A stretch of 64,000 bases of DNA from an uncultured Verrucomicrobiae bacterium. Its GTDB lineage: Bacteria; Verrucomicrobiota; Verrucomicrobiia; Palsa-1439. The translations under genes were made by a program, and so were the position numbers. Numbering within the stretch: the first letter of the stretch is position 1; each line of letters opens with the position of its first letter. The DNA is taken from contig CAWEWF010000014.1 in assembly GCA_963812605.1 (NCBI GenBank), positions 736,001-800,000 on the forward strand. Reading direction: 5' to 3'. Positions 25,932 through 35,387 of this stretch are shown here, in pieces. Below the pieces are notes generated by a model. It made no database searches and had not been told where the DNA came from. It saw only the letters and a program-made list of their open reading frames with translations.

Positions 25932-26639
25932 TTATTGCCGTCGGCGGCGCAATAGAGCGAATCCGGCAAATCCTGCCGCCACCAAAACCAGCACGCTCGG
26001 CTCAGGAACCTGCGTGAATGTCTGGTCGATTTCCGAAATACTCGCGAACGCCGGCAAGGTAGCATCGACAACCACATCCTTGGAGAGGGCCAAGAGCGGC
26101 TGGGGCGGTGTAATCGCCAAACTGTCTGAGAATTTATTCGACGTTGCCGTGGCAAAAACAGACATCTCCCCGGCAAACAAGTTGTTGGTTTCCACTTCTT
26201 CCGTAACTTCTGCGAAACCCGGGCCGCCGTTCACCGACCCAATGAAAGACAAATTCGCCGCCGAAATCAAATTGGCTGAATTGGTCACGCTTACCTGATA
26301 ATTGAGAATCAAGTCCGCGCCCCCAGCTGTAGCGTCGATCGGGCCGCTGAATCGAATGCCAAAGTCGCCGTTCTTGGTGATTGGGGTAACGCCTATCTCA
26401 CCGGCAGTGAAATCGAGACTTTGGATACTGAAATCCGTGAAGTCCTTGTCGCCAACGACAAGGTCTCCGCCAGTATTCGTCAGACTCGCCAAACTAACGG
26501 TTGGGCCATCGATGACTGTTTGCGCCAAGGAAGCGGGCGCATATGCAAGAGTAACGGCAAACGCGATACAAATGAGGAAGATGCCTTGGTTGGAAAAAGG
26601 GCCCCGAACTTCTCGCTGATTGACCCGCTCAATCGCCAT
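25932..26639 (-). CDS. PEP-CTERM surface protein
   Basis: C-terminal VPEPSVLVLVAAGFAGFALLRRRRQ. Confidence 0.88.
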   Translation of the reverse strand: MAIERVNQREVRGPFSNQGIFLICIAFAVTLAYAPASLAQTVIDGPTVSLASLTNTGGDLVVGDKDFTDFSIQSLDFTAGEIGVTPITKNGDFGIRFSGPIDATAGGADLILNYQVSVTNSANLISAANLSFIGSVNGGPGFAEVTEEVETNNLFAGEMSVFATATSNKFSDSLAITPPQPLLALSKDVVVDATLPAFASISEIDQTFTQVPEPSVLVLVAAGFAGFALLRRRRQ

Positions 26640-27029
26640 ATTTTTACCCGTACCTAACTGATCCCGTGACGACGTTTACGTTTAGCAATCCATGCCCGCC
26701 GTTCCCAAATCTTCGTGAGTCAGGGAATTACTTTCTCGCTGGGACAAGTTGTAGCGGAAGCAGGGGAGAAACGCAAGAGAAAAACGCAGCGATTAACAGG
26801 TTTTTACGGCGACTGGCGGGTGCGTAGAACGAGCCTGAAAGCGCTAAAGCGGGGACTCGCGGTGCTTGATGTGCCTGCACCTGAATGGCGTCCGGGCTCT
26901 AATGTTGTATCTATTTTGTCAGCAATATGATACATAAGTCTCAAAACTTGGAAATACTACAATCGATACACTCTTTCTACTGCTGCACCCGCACTTCCGT
27001 CCTCTTTGACGCGAGGTGCTATAAAACCC

Positions 27030-27473
27030 TCATTGATTCGGGCTTGGGTTCAGCATCTCGTCGAGACGTTCCCTTTTCTGCTCCTCTTCTTGATCATGTG
27101 CCCTGCCCTTGCGAATGATGTGGCTGGCGACAAGATCCTTCCCGATCTCTGCGTAGGTCACACCGACAGCATCCCCGGCCTTCAATTCAGTCAGTACGGC
27201 GCTGGCATTCGTCAGGATATCGATTTGACAGTCAGGCGTGACTTTGAACGTCTTGGATAAGGGCCAATGCTCAACGGTAATGAACCCGGCCTCGGCATCG
27301 ACCCTGCCAATCGTACCTTCAAATTCAGTATTCGCGGGTACGGTTTTGCCTTTGTCTGTCACGGTGGCCGACGCCGGTGTCGGTTTGAGCACGGATGACT
27401 GCTCCGCGCACGAGAACGATAGAAGAATCGCGACGCCGAGCCCAATGGTAATTTGAATCACGGAGCGTTTCAT
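27030..27473 (-). CDS. Putative lipoprotein with an OB-fold-like domain
   Basis: LSFSC lipobox-like signal; EGTIGRVD...LKAGDAVGVTY pattern. Confidence 0.6.
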   Translation of the reverse strand: MKRSVIQITIGLGVAILLSFSCAEQSSVLKPTPASATVTDKGKTVPANTEFEGTIGRVDAEAGFITVEHWPLSKTFKVTPDCQIDILTNASAVLTELKAGDAVGVTYAEIGKDLVASHIIRKGRAHDQEEEQKRERLDEMLNPSPNQ

Positions 27474-27667
27474 CGTACAATCTCCTCCCTGGTTCGTGTT
27501 CACGTTCACGACCTCATCTGTAAGCTTCGTCTTATCTCCCCCAATATTCAAGTCCCGGATTTGCAGTTGCAGCCATCGACCGACGAATCGGATGTTTCTT
27601 CTTGAGTCGTCAACCGTTTCAGTTCTATTCTTCCGCCTCACGGCAAATTTAGGGGGCCGCCACCATC

Positions 27668-28726
27668 ATGAAAAGACATGCTCGCTCACTCGTCAACTTG
27701 GTCGCCGTCGGTGTTTTCAGCATCGCATGTGTTCCCATTTCTCGCGCCGATGGCCCCTACCATCTTTTGAAGGAAATTGCCATTGGCGGCGATGGTGGTT
27801 GGGACTACCTCTCCATCGATGAGGCCGCTCGTCGCCTCTACGTCTCCCATGCCACCAAGATTGTCATAATCGACATCGACAAGGACGAAGTCGCTGGCGA
27901 GATCGCCGATACCCCGGGGGTCCATGGTCTTGCTCCCGCGCCAGAACTTCAACGCGGCTTTTCCAGTAACGGCCGCGAATCCAAAGCCAGCATCGTCGAT
28001 CTGAAGACCCTCAAAACGCTTTCCAAAGTCGACACCGGCGAGAACCCGGACGCGATCTTGTATGATCCGGGCCAGCAGGAGGTCTACACGTTTAACGGAC
28101 GCGGACAATCGGCCACGGTCTTCGAAGCCAAGACAGGCAAAGTGTTGGCCACCATCGCACTCCCCGGGAAACCAGAATTTGCCGCTGCCGATCCGCAGGC
28201 GGGGCGCGTCTACGACAACATCGAGGATAAGAGCGTAGTGGTTGCCATCGATACCAAGACACATCAGGTCACGAATACGTGGGAGATCGCGCCTGGCGAG
28301 GAAGCTTCCGGCATGGCGATCGACACGGCGCATCATCGACTCTTCCTTGGCTGCCACAACAAACTAATGGTGATGATGGACAGCACCACCGGCAAAGTGG
28401 TCGGCTCGGTGCCCATCGGGGACAGGGTGGACGCCAATGCGTTCGATCCCGGCACCCAATTCGCCTTCAGCTCCAACGGCGACGGCACTGTCACCATCGC
28501 CCACGAGGAATCGCCAGACAAACTCGTCGTGGTGCAAACGCTAACGACCGAACGGGGAGCGCGCACCATGGCGCTCGATCCAAAAACCCACAGGATTTAC
28601 CTCGCTTCCGCCAAATACGAACCGCCGAAAGCGCCCATCTCCGGTGCTCCTCCGCAGCGTCCGAAGATAATCGCGGGCAGCTTCAAGATCCTGGTGTACG
28701 GCATGGATAAAGCGGCAGCTCATTAG
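27668..28726 (+). CDS. YncE/YVTN beta-propeller protein
   Basis: GGWDYL, GVHG, TGENPDAILYDP and GARTMALDP blade repeats; signal peptide. Confidence 0.85.
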   Translation: MKRHARSLVNLVAVGVFSIACVPISRADGPYHLLKEIAIGGDGGWDYLSIDEAARRLYVSHATKIVIIDIDKDEVAGEIADTPGVHGLAPAPELQRGFSSNGRESKASIVDLKTLKTLSKVDTGENPDAILYDPGQQEVYTFNGRGQSATVFEAKTGKVLATIALPGKPEFAAADPQAGRVYDNIEDKSVVVAIDTKTHQVTNTWEIAPGEEASGMAIDTAHHRLFLGCHNKLMVMMDSTTGKVVGSVPIGDRVDANAFDPGTQFAFSSNGDGTVTIAHEESPDKLVVVQTLTTERGARTMALDPKTHRIYLASAKYEPPKAPISGAPPQRPKIIAGSFKILVYGMDKAAAH

Positions 28727-28763
28727 TCCCGGGATTTGGCCGCGCCGGTAAGACTTGGATCCC

Positions 28764-29360
28764 TCACCCACCCTTACCGAACGGAATGGCCAGTTTCAGG
28801 CCGATGAATGCCTCACCGGTTTGGGGGTCGTGGATGGTAACTTCCGATTTGATTTGTGCATGGCCGAATTTGCCAAACATCGGAAGTGAATACTGCGGGG
28901 TCACGTCTTGAAGAGCAGTATCGCCCGATGGTTCATCCGCGATGTTGTGAGTGAACTCCAGACTCTTGGCCCCCTCCTGTGCGGTAAAGGTCATTCGATC
29001 CAGTCCATACTTGGCTGCTTGAAACATTCTTCCGATCGGCGAGGGGCTCGCGTCCTGGATCCCGTATTCGCTCTCGAAGATCATCCACCGGTCCGCCGCC
29101 GTCGCGCATGCGGGCTTCAGGCAATCGCCCAGGTCGCATACCTTCGCCTCCGCGGCAGGGGTTGCGTTCGTTCGTATGGCGGGGCGCGCCGCGCAGGGCG
29201 CCGACAGGAGAGACGGAGAAACGTAATCCACCAGTCGGGTGTTTGGCGTTGCTTGCGCGAAGAGGCAGGGAGCCATACCAAAGTACGCGGCGGTGCCTGT
29301 TACGGCTCCCAAGAGGACCGCCCGTGATGAACCGTTGATGCTTCTCGGCTTCAACTTCAT
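28764..29360 (-). CDS. Hypothetical exported protein
   Basis: 198-aa ORF with a hydrophobic N-terminus. Confidence 0.5.
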   Translation of the reverse strand: MKLKPRSINGSSRAVLLGAVTGTAAYFGMAPCLFAQATPNTRLVDYVSPSLLSAPCAARPAIRTNATPAAEAKVCDLGDCLKPACATAADRWMIFESEYGIQDASPSPIGRMFQAAKYGLDRMTFTAQEGAKSLEFTHNIADEPSGDTALQDVTPQYSLPMFGKFGHAQIKSEVTIHDPQTGEAFIGLKLAIPFGKGG

Positions 29361-29474
29361 CTAAAACACCCTGCCGTAATCTACACCTTTTGCGCCATTT
29401 TACAACTGGGCGCAGGCTCGGCATGAGTGTCAGGTAGCCGCTATCCGGTTGCCATCAGACACCTTACAATCGAT

Positions 29475-29568
29475 CCCCTCACCTTAATCCTCTCCCCCGG
29501 AGGGGAGAGGAAAACATTGCGCCCATCGATCATTCACCTCTCCCCTTGAGGGAGAAGGTTAGGGTGAG
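29475..29568. repeat. Inverted pair of REP-like elements
   Basis: CCCCTCACCTTAATCCTCTCCCC-CGGA-GGGGAGAGG and the inverted copy CCTCTCCCCTTGAGGGAGAAGGTTAGGGTGAG. Confidence 0.65.
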
Positions 29569-29670
29569 TGGTTCTGTCCGTAGTAGGCTGGCATCCCCGA
29601 CGTACCAGTTTTTCCGCGCCGCTGGCCGTTGTAGGCCGCGTGCCCCCACGGGGCGATCTCTCCTGGCGCC

Positions 29671-30072
29671 TTAACCCCGGTAGCTCGCGGAGGAAGTGGG
29701 CGTCTCCCACAGTTGCACTTCGACAACCGGCAGCCCCTCCGCACGGGCGTGATTGAAAATGAGCTTCGCGATATTCTCGGCGGTGGGATTCTCGTCCATC
29801 ACAAAAAACAACTCGCCACGCTGTTTCAGCAGCGGTAGGAGTGGATCATCCTTGTGCAGCAACATCCGATGGTCCAGCGTCTCATCGACCCAATTCTTGA
29901 CGGCTTCCTTGATATCGGAAAAATCCTGCACCATCCCCCGCGCATCCAGCTTGTCCGCCTCGATGTGCACTTCCACCCGTCCGTTATGCCCATGCAAATG
30001 CCGACACTTCCCCGCGTAATTGAGCAGCCGATGCCCATAACAAAAATCAATATGCTTCGTCACCCGGAACAT
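29671..30072 (-). CDS. queD: 6-carboxytetrahydropterin synthase
   Basis: FCYGHRL, CRHLHGHN, LDHR, NPTAENIA, WETP. Confidence 0.9.
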   Translation of the reverse strand: MFRVTKHIDFCYGHRLLNYAGKCRHLHGHNGRVEVHIEADKLDARGMVQDFSDIKEAVKNWVDETLDHRMLLHKDDPLLPLLKQRGELFFVMDENPTAENIAKLIFNHARAEGLPVVEVQLWETPTSSASYRG

Positions 30073-30835
30073 GCCCGCAATGATGCCGCACTTCACTTCG
30101 GAAGGCAATCCTGGAGGGCTGCGTTCCCCGGCGCGTCATTCCGAGCTTGTCGAGGAATCTCTTGCCGTCCCCAATGCAAGGCAGGATCACAGTCTTCTCG
30201 AATTGAACGTCTTGAGCGGCATCGTTAATAATCCCGTTGATCCGATTGTTGCTATCGAAGAACCTTACCCATACCTTCGTGCCCGGAGGGATCTCCGGTA
30301 ACGTGAACGACACGTTGGTTTTGATCGGTTCGTATTCCTTAAAGACTTTCGGCACTAAGTATTCGTCCCTGCCTTCCACTTGTATGACGCAATAGAGGTT
30401 CGGATCGGACCACCAAGCAGAAGCATGACAATCAAATTCGATCGAATAAACCGCGTCGCCAGGGTCACCATATTTCTGTCCTTGAGCTAGAAATAACTCG
30501 AATGCATCTGCCTTCTCAACAGGGCCTGGGGTATCCGCGGCCGTTGGCCAGTAAATGCCATACGTGTAGATCCGGACAACTTTCTGCGCAATGTTCACAG
30601 AAGGCCGTGGATCGTCAGCGCGGATTTGATCTCCGTCGCACCACAATCGAGGTCCAAGCGTGTAGCTCTCCTGCGTGGGCCAGTCTCCAGCCGTTGCGGT
30701 GAACAACCACATACTCCAAAACAAACTGGCACAGACCCAGCCGCGGCGGTTGGGAACAAGCGCTGTTCGCCGGGAGAAACTTGGCGCAGATCTTGTCATA
30801 AATGCGATTACGCCCCAATAGACCGTACACGTCAA
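30047..30835 (-). CDS. Hypothetical protein (lower GC)
   Basis: 262-aa ORF with a possible signal peptide; both ends uncertain. Confidence 0.45.
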   Translation of the reverse strand: MTCTVYWGVIAFMTRSAPSFSRRTALVPNRRGWVCASLFWSMWLFTATAGDWPTQESYTLGPRLWCDGDQIRADDPRPSVNIAQKVVRIYTYGIYWPTAADTPGPVEKADAFELFLAQGQKYGDPGDAVYSIEFDCHASAWWSDPNLYCVIQVEGRDEYLVPKVFKEYEPIKTNVSFTLPEIPPGTKVWVRFFDSNNRINGIINDAAQDVQFEKTVILPCIGDGKRFLDKLGMTRRGTQPSRIAFRSEVRHHCGHVPGDEAY

Positions 30836-30859
30836 ACTAATCCCGCGCCCTAATGGGGC

Positions 30860-31090
30860 GTGCCATTAACGAAACAAGCAGCGGCAGAGTTGAGCCAATT
30901 TGGAGCGAATGTTCGCCGCGAACGAGTGCTTCGCGGTGTAACACAAGAGCGCCTTGCAGAACTCGCTGACTTGAATCTTCGGACCATACAGAAGATTGAG
31001 GCAGGAAAGATCAACATTCTCGTTACAACCGTAATCAGAATTCAACGGGCTTTGACTTGTTCCTGGACTAAGCTGTTGAAAGAGAAGTAG
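30860..31090 (+). CDS. XRE-family HTH regulator
   Basis: TQERLAELADLNLRTIQKIEAGKIN. Confidence 0.82.
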   Translation: MPLTKQAAAELSQFGANVRRERVLRGVTQERLAELADLNLRTIQKIEAGKINILVTTVIRIQRALTCSWTKLLKEK

Positions 31091-31194
31091 TCCCCGCTGT
31101 TGTTGGTCTCGGGTGAAATTGCCTCAAGATTTCCGTGTCTTAGAGCTCGAACATGAGTTGATTTCACGTTCAAAAACTGGCATCTTGCCAGTGC

Positions 31195-31476
31195 ATGAAA
31201 GTCGCCACTCTCAAGGAAGCCAAATCACGTTTGGATGAGCTCGTCGTTCGCGCCGAGCAGGGCGAGACTATCATCATCAAGCGTAACGGCAAAGCTGCCG
31301 TGCGCCTGACGATCCTGGTAGAACCGGAGTTGGAACTCAGTCCTGAGGAAGCGCGGAAGCTCAATGCTTGGGCTAATGGAGAGCGCGCCGCCGGTCGCAC
31401 GCGTGTTTCGGAATCACCGACGGCGTACACCGCCCGTGTTCGCGCGAAGAGCGTACGCAAGGGCAAGTCTCGGTGA
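31195..31476 (+). CDS. Phd/YefM-family antitoxin
   Basis: TLKEAKSRLDELVVRAEQGETIIIKRNGK. Confidence 0.82.
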   Translation: MKVATLKEAKSRLDELVVRAEQGETIIIKRNGKAAVRLTILVEPELELSPEEARKLNAWANGERAAGRTRVSESPTAYTARVRAKSVRKGKSR

Positions 31477-31742
31477 GAATCGAGACCACGCGGCACTACG
31501 ACCGGAAATTCGAATCATTCCCGCAGTCAGTTCAAGACCAGGTTCTCAAGGCCATCCCGTCTTTGGTTGAATCGTTTGGAAAGCCCCACGCACATTTGGG
31601 ATTGCGAAAGCTGGCTGGCCGACTGTACGAGTTCCGTGTCGGACTTCACCTGCGGATCGTCTTCCGCCATGACCGCGACACGCTCTATCTCTTGCTCATT
31701 GGCACACACGATGAAGTGAAACGCTTCATCCGGTCGCTATAG
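31473..31742 (+). CDS. RelE/ParE-superfamily toxin
   Basis: GTGA overlap with the antitoxin; LRKL...YEFRVGLHLRIVF...IGTHDEV. Confidence 0.75.
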   Translation: MRIETTRHYDRKFESFPQSVQDQVLKAIPSLVESFGKPHAHLGLRKLAGRLYEFRVGLHLRIVFRHDRDTLYLLLIGTHDEVKRFIRSL

Positions 31743-31758
31743 CAAACGGTTAATCACT

Positions 31759-32502
31759 TCACGCTCCCGCAATCAAGCGGCCACCGTCGACAACCAGCGT
31801 GTGGCCGGTGATGAAGTCGCTGCCTTCGATCAGGAACAGCACGGAGTTCACAATATCTTTCGGCGACCCGAGCCGCTTGACCACCGTCGCGTCGATGACC
31901 GCCTGCGTCTCCTCTTCCGTGAAATCCGGCGGCAGCAAGATGGGTCCCGGCGCGATGGCGTTGACCTGGACCCGGGGGCCGAGCGCTTTCGCCAGCGATT
32001 TTGTCAGGCAGATCACTCCCGCCTTGGAAACGCAATACGGCAGATAGTCCGCGTACGGCCGAATGGCTGACCAATCGGCGAAATTGATGATCTTGCCGTC
32101 GATCTTCCGCTTCAGCATGTGTCGGCCGACTTCGAGCCCGAACAGAAAAGGCCCTTTCAGGTTGGCGTCGATGTGAAAATCCCAATCGCGTTCGGTCAAT
32201 GTGTCGAAGGGCGTCTTTTGGTACACGGCGGCGCTGGCCACGAGCACATGGATCTCGCCGAAGTGCTTCGCCGCTTTGCCCACTGCCGCGCGAACCTCCC
32301 GCATCTTGGCCTGGTCCGCGCCGACCGCAATGGCATCCACCCCTAGCGCCTTGATTTCCGCGACTGTCCGGCGGGCGTCCGCGGCCGACGAGTTGTAGTG
32401 AACAACGATGTTCGCGCCGCGTCGGGCCAGGCCCAGGGCGATTTCGCGCCCGACCCGTTTCGCCGCGCCCGTGACCAACGCCGTCTTGCCTTTGAGCTTC
32501 AT
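31759..32502 (-). CDS. SDR oxidoreductase (pteridine reductase/FolM-like)
   Basis: TGAAKRVG, YCVSK, VNAIAPG. Confidence 0.85.
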   Translation of the reverse strand: MKLKGKTALVTGAAKRVGREIALGLARRGANIVVHYNSSAADARRTVAEIKALGVDAIAVGADQAKMREVRAAVGKAAKHFGEIHVLVASAAVYQKTPFDTLTERDWDFHIDANLKGPFLFGLEVGRHMLKRKIDGKIINFADWSAIRPYADYLPYCVSKAGVICLTKSLAKALGPRVQVNAIAPGPILLPPDFTEEETQAVIDATVVKRLGSPKDIVNSVLFLIEGSDFITGHTLVVDGGRLIAGA

Positions 32503-32588
32503 AGTGCCGATCAGCTTACCGGAGGCCCGCAATCATACGCAAGGGAAAGAAATTGAAGCGCAGCCAACAACCCGCTATAGTGAAATGC

Positions 32589-32939
32589 ATGAAAGCCAAA
32601 CTACTCGGTTTGTTGCTGGTCTTTGCGCTTCTCCTTCCTTTCCGCGCGCACGCCGAACTTGACGAAGCTCCCCGGGGCCAGAATGCTTTGCGCAAATTCG
32701 GCCGCGGCATCGCCAATGTTCTTTTTGGCATTGTGGAAGTTCCCAATCAGATCACCAAGGTGACTTCGGAACACGGCGGCGGCGCGGGCGCGACCTACGG
32801 CGTGGGAAAAGGCATCGCCCGCTGGATCGGACGCGAATTCACCGGGGTCTATGACATCGTCACTTTCCCCGTTCCGTATCCGAAGGGCTACAAGCCCATC
32901 ATGCACCCGGAATTTCCCGTGGAAGATTATGAGCCGTAG
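32589..32939 (+). CDS. Exosortase-system-associated protein (TIGR04073-like)
   Basis: LRKFGRGIANVLFGIVEVP...GVYDIVTFPVP. Confidence 0.75.
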   Translation: MKAKLLGLLLVFALLLPFRAHAELDEAPRGQNALRKFGRGIANVLFGIVEVPNQITKVTSEHGGGAGATYGVGKGIARWIGREFTGVYDIVTFPVPYPKGYKPIMHPEFPVEDYEP

Positions 32940-33686
32940 CCTCTGGCTTGCGCTCTGTCTTTTCGGCGCGATGGCCAGTGTGCGCGCGGACCAGGATCTG
33001 GCCATCGGCGATGCTGCGCTCGCGAAATTCGATCTCCCTGCGGCCCTCAAAGCCTATCGAGCGGCGCACGCGCAGTCGCCCGACAGCTACGAGGCGACTT
33101 GGAAACTGGCGCGAGCACTCGCCGACACCAGCACGCTTTCCAAGGATCCAGCCGAGCAGAAGCAGTGCTGCATTGATGCCGAGCAACTGGCTCGCACCGC
33201 CGTGAAACTCAATCCCGACGACTCGAAGGGACACGCTTATCTGGCCGTGGCTGTCGGCAAGCTGGCGCTTTATGAAGGCGGTAAACGCAAGGTCGAACTG
33301 GCCAGTGAAGTGCAGACGGAAGCCGAACGGGCCATCAAGCGCAACGATAAGGAAGACCTCGCCTATCATGTCCTCGGCGTCTGGAATCGCGAAATGGTCG
33401 AGTTGAACTGGGTCTTGCGCAAGTTCGCCGAGTTGATCTACGGCAAATTCCCAGCCGCCTCCTGGATGATGCGATACATGATCTCACACGGGCCACCCAG
33501 ATCGCGCCCCAGACGGTGGCGCATCGTGTTGAACTTGGCCTCACTTTCGTCTCGGGACGACAATGGCCGGAAGCCAACGCCAGCTTGGAAAAGGCGCTGG
33601 CCATGCCGAGGGCCTGGGTCACGGACGATTATTACTGGGATAAAGCGCGCCAGGCGCTCCCGCGGGTGAAATCGCATCTCGACTAG
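32929..33686 (+). CDS. Secreted TPR-like protein, frameshifted near 33460
   Basis: Signal peptide and helical repeats; continues in another frame as AHRVELGLTF...KSHLD*. Confidence 0.65.
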
Positions 33687-33693
33687 CGCGTCC

Positions 33694-35058
33694 ATGGCAG
33701 TCCTCCCGGCACAAGTTCTCAGCGTCACCGAATTGACGCACCGCGTCAAAGACCTGCTCGAAGAACGATTCCCGAGTGTCTGGGTCGAAGGCGAGATTTC
33801 CAATGTTCGTTCGCCTTCGTCCGGCCACGTCTATTTCACGCTCAAAGATGCCGGGGCACAATTGGCCGTAGTGGTCTTTCGTGGCGTTGCGGCCAAGGTC
33901 GGATTCAAACTGAAAGACGGCTTGCAGGTCATCACTTTCGGCGACATCAGTGTCTACGAGAAGAGCGGGCAATACCAGCTCGTCGCCCGACAGTTGCTGC
34001 CGAAGGGACTGGGCGCGCTCCAACTGGCCTTCGAAGAGTTAAAGCAGCGCCTCGCCAAGGAGGGCCTTTTTGATTCGTCCCGCAAGCGACCAATCCCCGT
34101 CCTGCCCCAGCGCATCGGCCTGGTCACCTCCCCCACCGGCGCGGCGATCCGCGACTTCCTCAATATCATCAACCGCCGCTTTCCCAATGTGCGCATCGTC
34201 ATCTACCCCGTGCGCGTGCAGGGCGAAGGCGCCGCCGCGGAGATCGCCGCAGCCATCGATGATTTCAACGCCCTCCACGCCTCCGGCCGCCTGCCGCTCG
34301 ATGTGTTGATTGTAACGCGCGGTGGCGGTTCGCTCGAAGATCTATGGGCTTTCAATGAAGAAGTGCTGGCCCGCGCCCTCGCCCGGTCCCAAATCCCAAC
34401 GATTTCCGCCGTCGGCCACGAGATTGATTTCACCATTGCCGATTTTGTTGCGGACCTTCGTGCGCCGACCCCCAGCGCTGCCGCGGAATTGGTCGTGAAG
34501 GCCAAGGAGGAATTCAAACAACGAATGACGCAGTATCAGTCCCGTCTGCATGGCAATTTGCGGCTCCAGGTCGCGGCCGCCCGCCAGCGCTTTTCCGATT
34601 TGGCTTCCAACTACGTCTTTCGCCGACCAACGGAGGTCATTCGCCAATACCAGCAGCAAGTTGACGACTCCGGCCATCGCCTGACCCGGGCCGCCGCAGC
34701 GACTCTTGCTAGCCAGCGAGCAAGATGGGCGACGGCTGCCGGGAAATTCAAGCTCCTCAGTCCCGAGGCGCTGCTGGCCAATGGACGGCAACGCATCGGT
34801 TCCAACGAACAGAGCCTCCGTACCGCGTGGGCCCGCCGCTGGCAGGAAACCGGTCATCGACTCATCCAGGTCAGTGCCAAACTGGAGCTGCTCAGTCCCA
34901 AGGCCACGTTACAGCGCGGTTACAGTATTACGCTCGTCCCCGAAACCGGCGAAATCGTCCGCAGCGTAACCCGCGTCAAGCCAGGGACTAAGATTTCCAC
35001 CAAGGTGCTTGATGGAGCGTTCGGTTCTGTGGTATCTTCCCCATCAGATGTGCAATGA
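33694..35058 (+). CDS. xseA: Exodeoxyribonuclease VII large subunit
   Basis: WVEGEISN, SGHVYFTLKD, RGGGSLEDLWAFN, SAVGHEID. Confidence 0.95.
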   Translation: MAVLPAQVLSVTELTHRVKDLLEERFPSVWVEGEISNVRSPSSGHVYFTLKDAGAQLAVVVFRGVAAKVGFKLKDGLQVITFGDISVYEKSGQYQLVARQLLPKGLGALQLAFEELKQRLAKEGLFDSSRKRPIPVLPQRIGLVTSPTGAAIRDFLNIINRRFPNVRIVIYPVRVQGEGAAAEIAAAIDDFNALHASGRLPLDVLIVTRGGGSLEDLWAFNEEVLARALARSQIPTISAVGHEIDFTIADFVADLRAPTPSAAAELVVKAKEEFKQRMTQYQSRLHGNLRLQVAAARQRFSDLASNYVFRRPTEVIRQYQQQVDDSGHRLTRAAAATLASQRARWATAAGKFKLLSPEALLANGRQRIGSNEQSLRTAWARRWQETGHRLIQVSAKLELLSPKATLQRGYSITLVPETGEIVRSVTRVKPGTKISTKVLDGAFGSVVSSPSDVQ

Positions 35059-35369
35059 AAGGTAAGAAAAAGGGAGCCGAGCCCGTTCCGGCCAGGAACG
35101 GGCTAACGTTTGAGTCGGCCATCCAGCGGCTCGAGAAGATCGTGGCCGATATGGAGGAGGCGGAATTGCCGCTGGAGGACGTTCTCAAGAAGTACGAGGA
35201 AGGGACGCGCTTGGTGCGGTTCTGCAGCCAAAAACTGGACGAAGCCGAGAAGAAGATCGAGGTCCTCACCAAGAAGACCGATGGCAGTGTCGTGTTGGAG
35301 CCGTTTGAAGCCGAACTTGGGGAAAGCGGTGAAGAAGAGTCCGCGGATGAAAGCGGGAAGCTCTTCTGA
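35055..35369 (+). CDS. xseB: Exodeoxyribonuclease VII small subunit
   Basis: TFESAIQRLEKIVADME...YEEG. Confidence 0.92.
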   Translation: MKGKKKGAEPVPARNGLTFESAIQRLEKIVADMEEAELPLEDVLKKYEEGTRLVRFCSQKLDEAEKKIEVLTKKTDGSVVLEPFEAELGESGEEESADESGKLF

Positions 35370-35387
35370 CAAACGAAGGAGCGTGAA

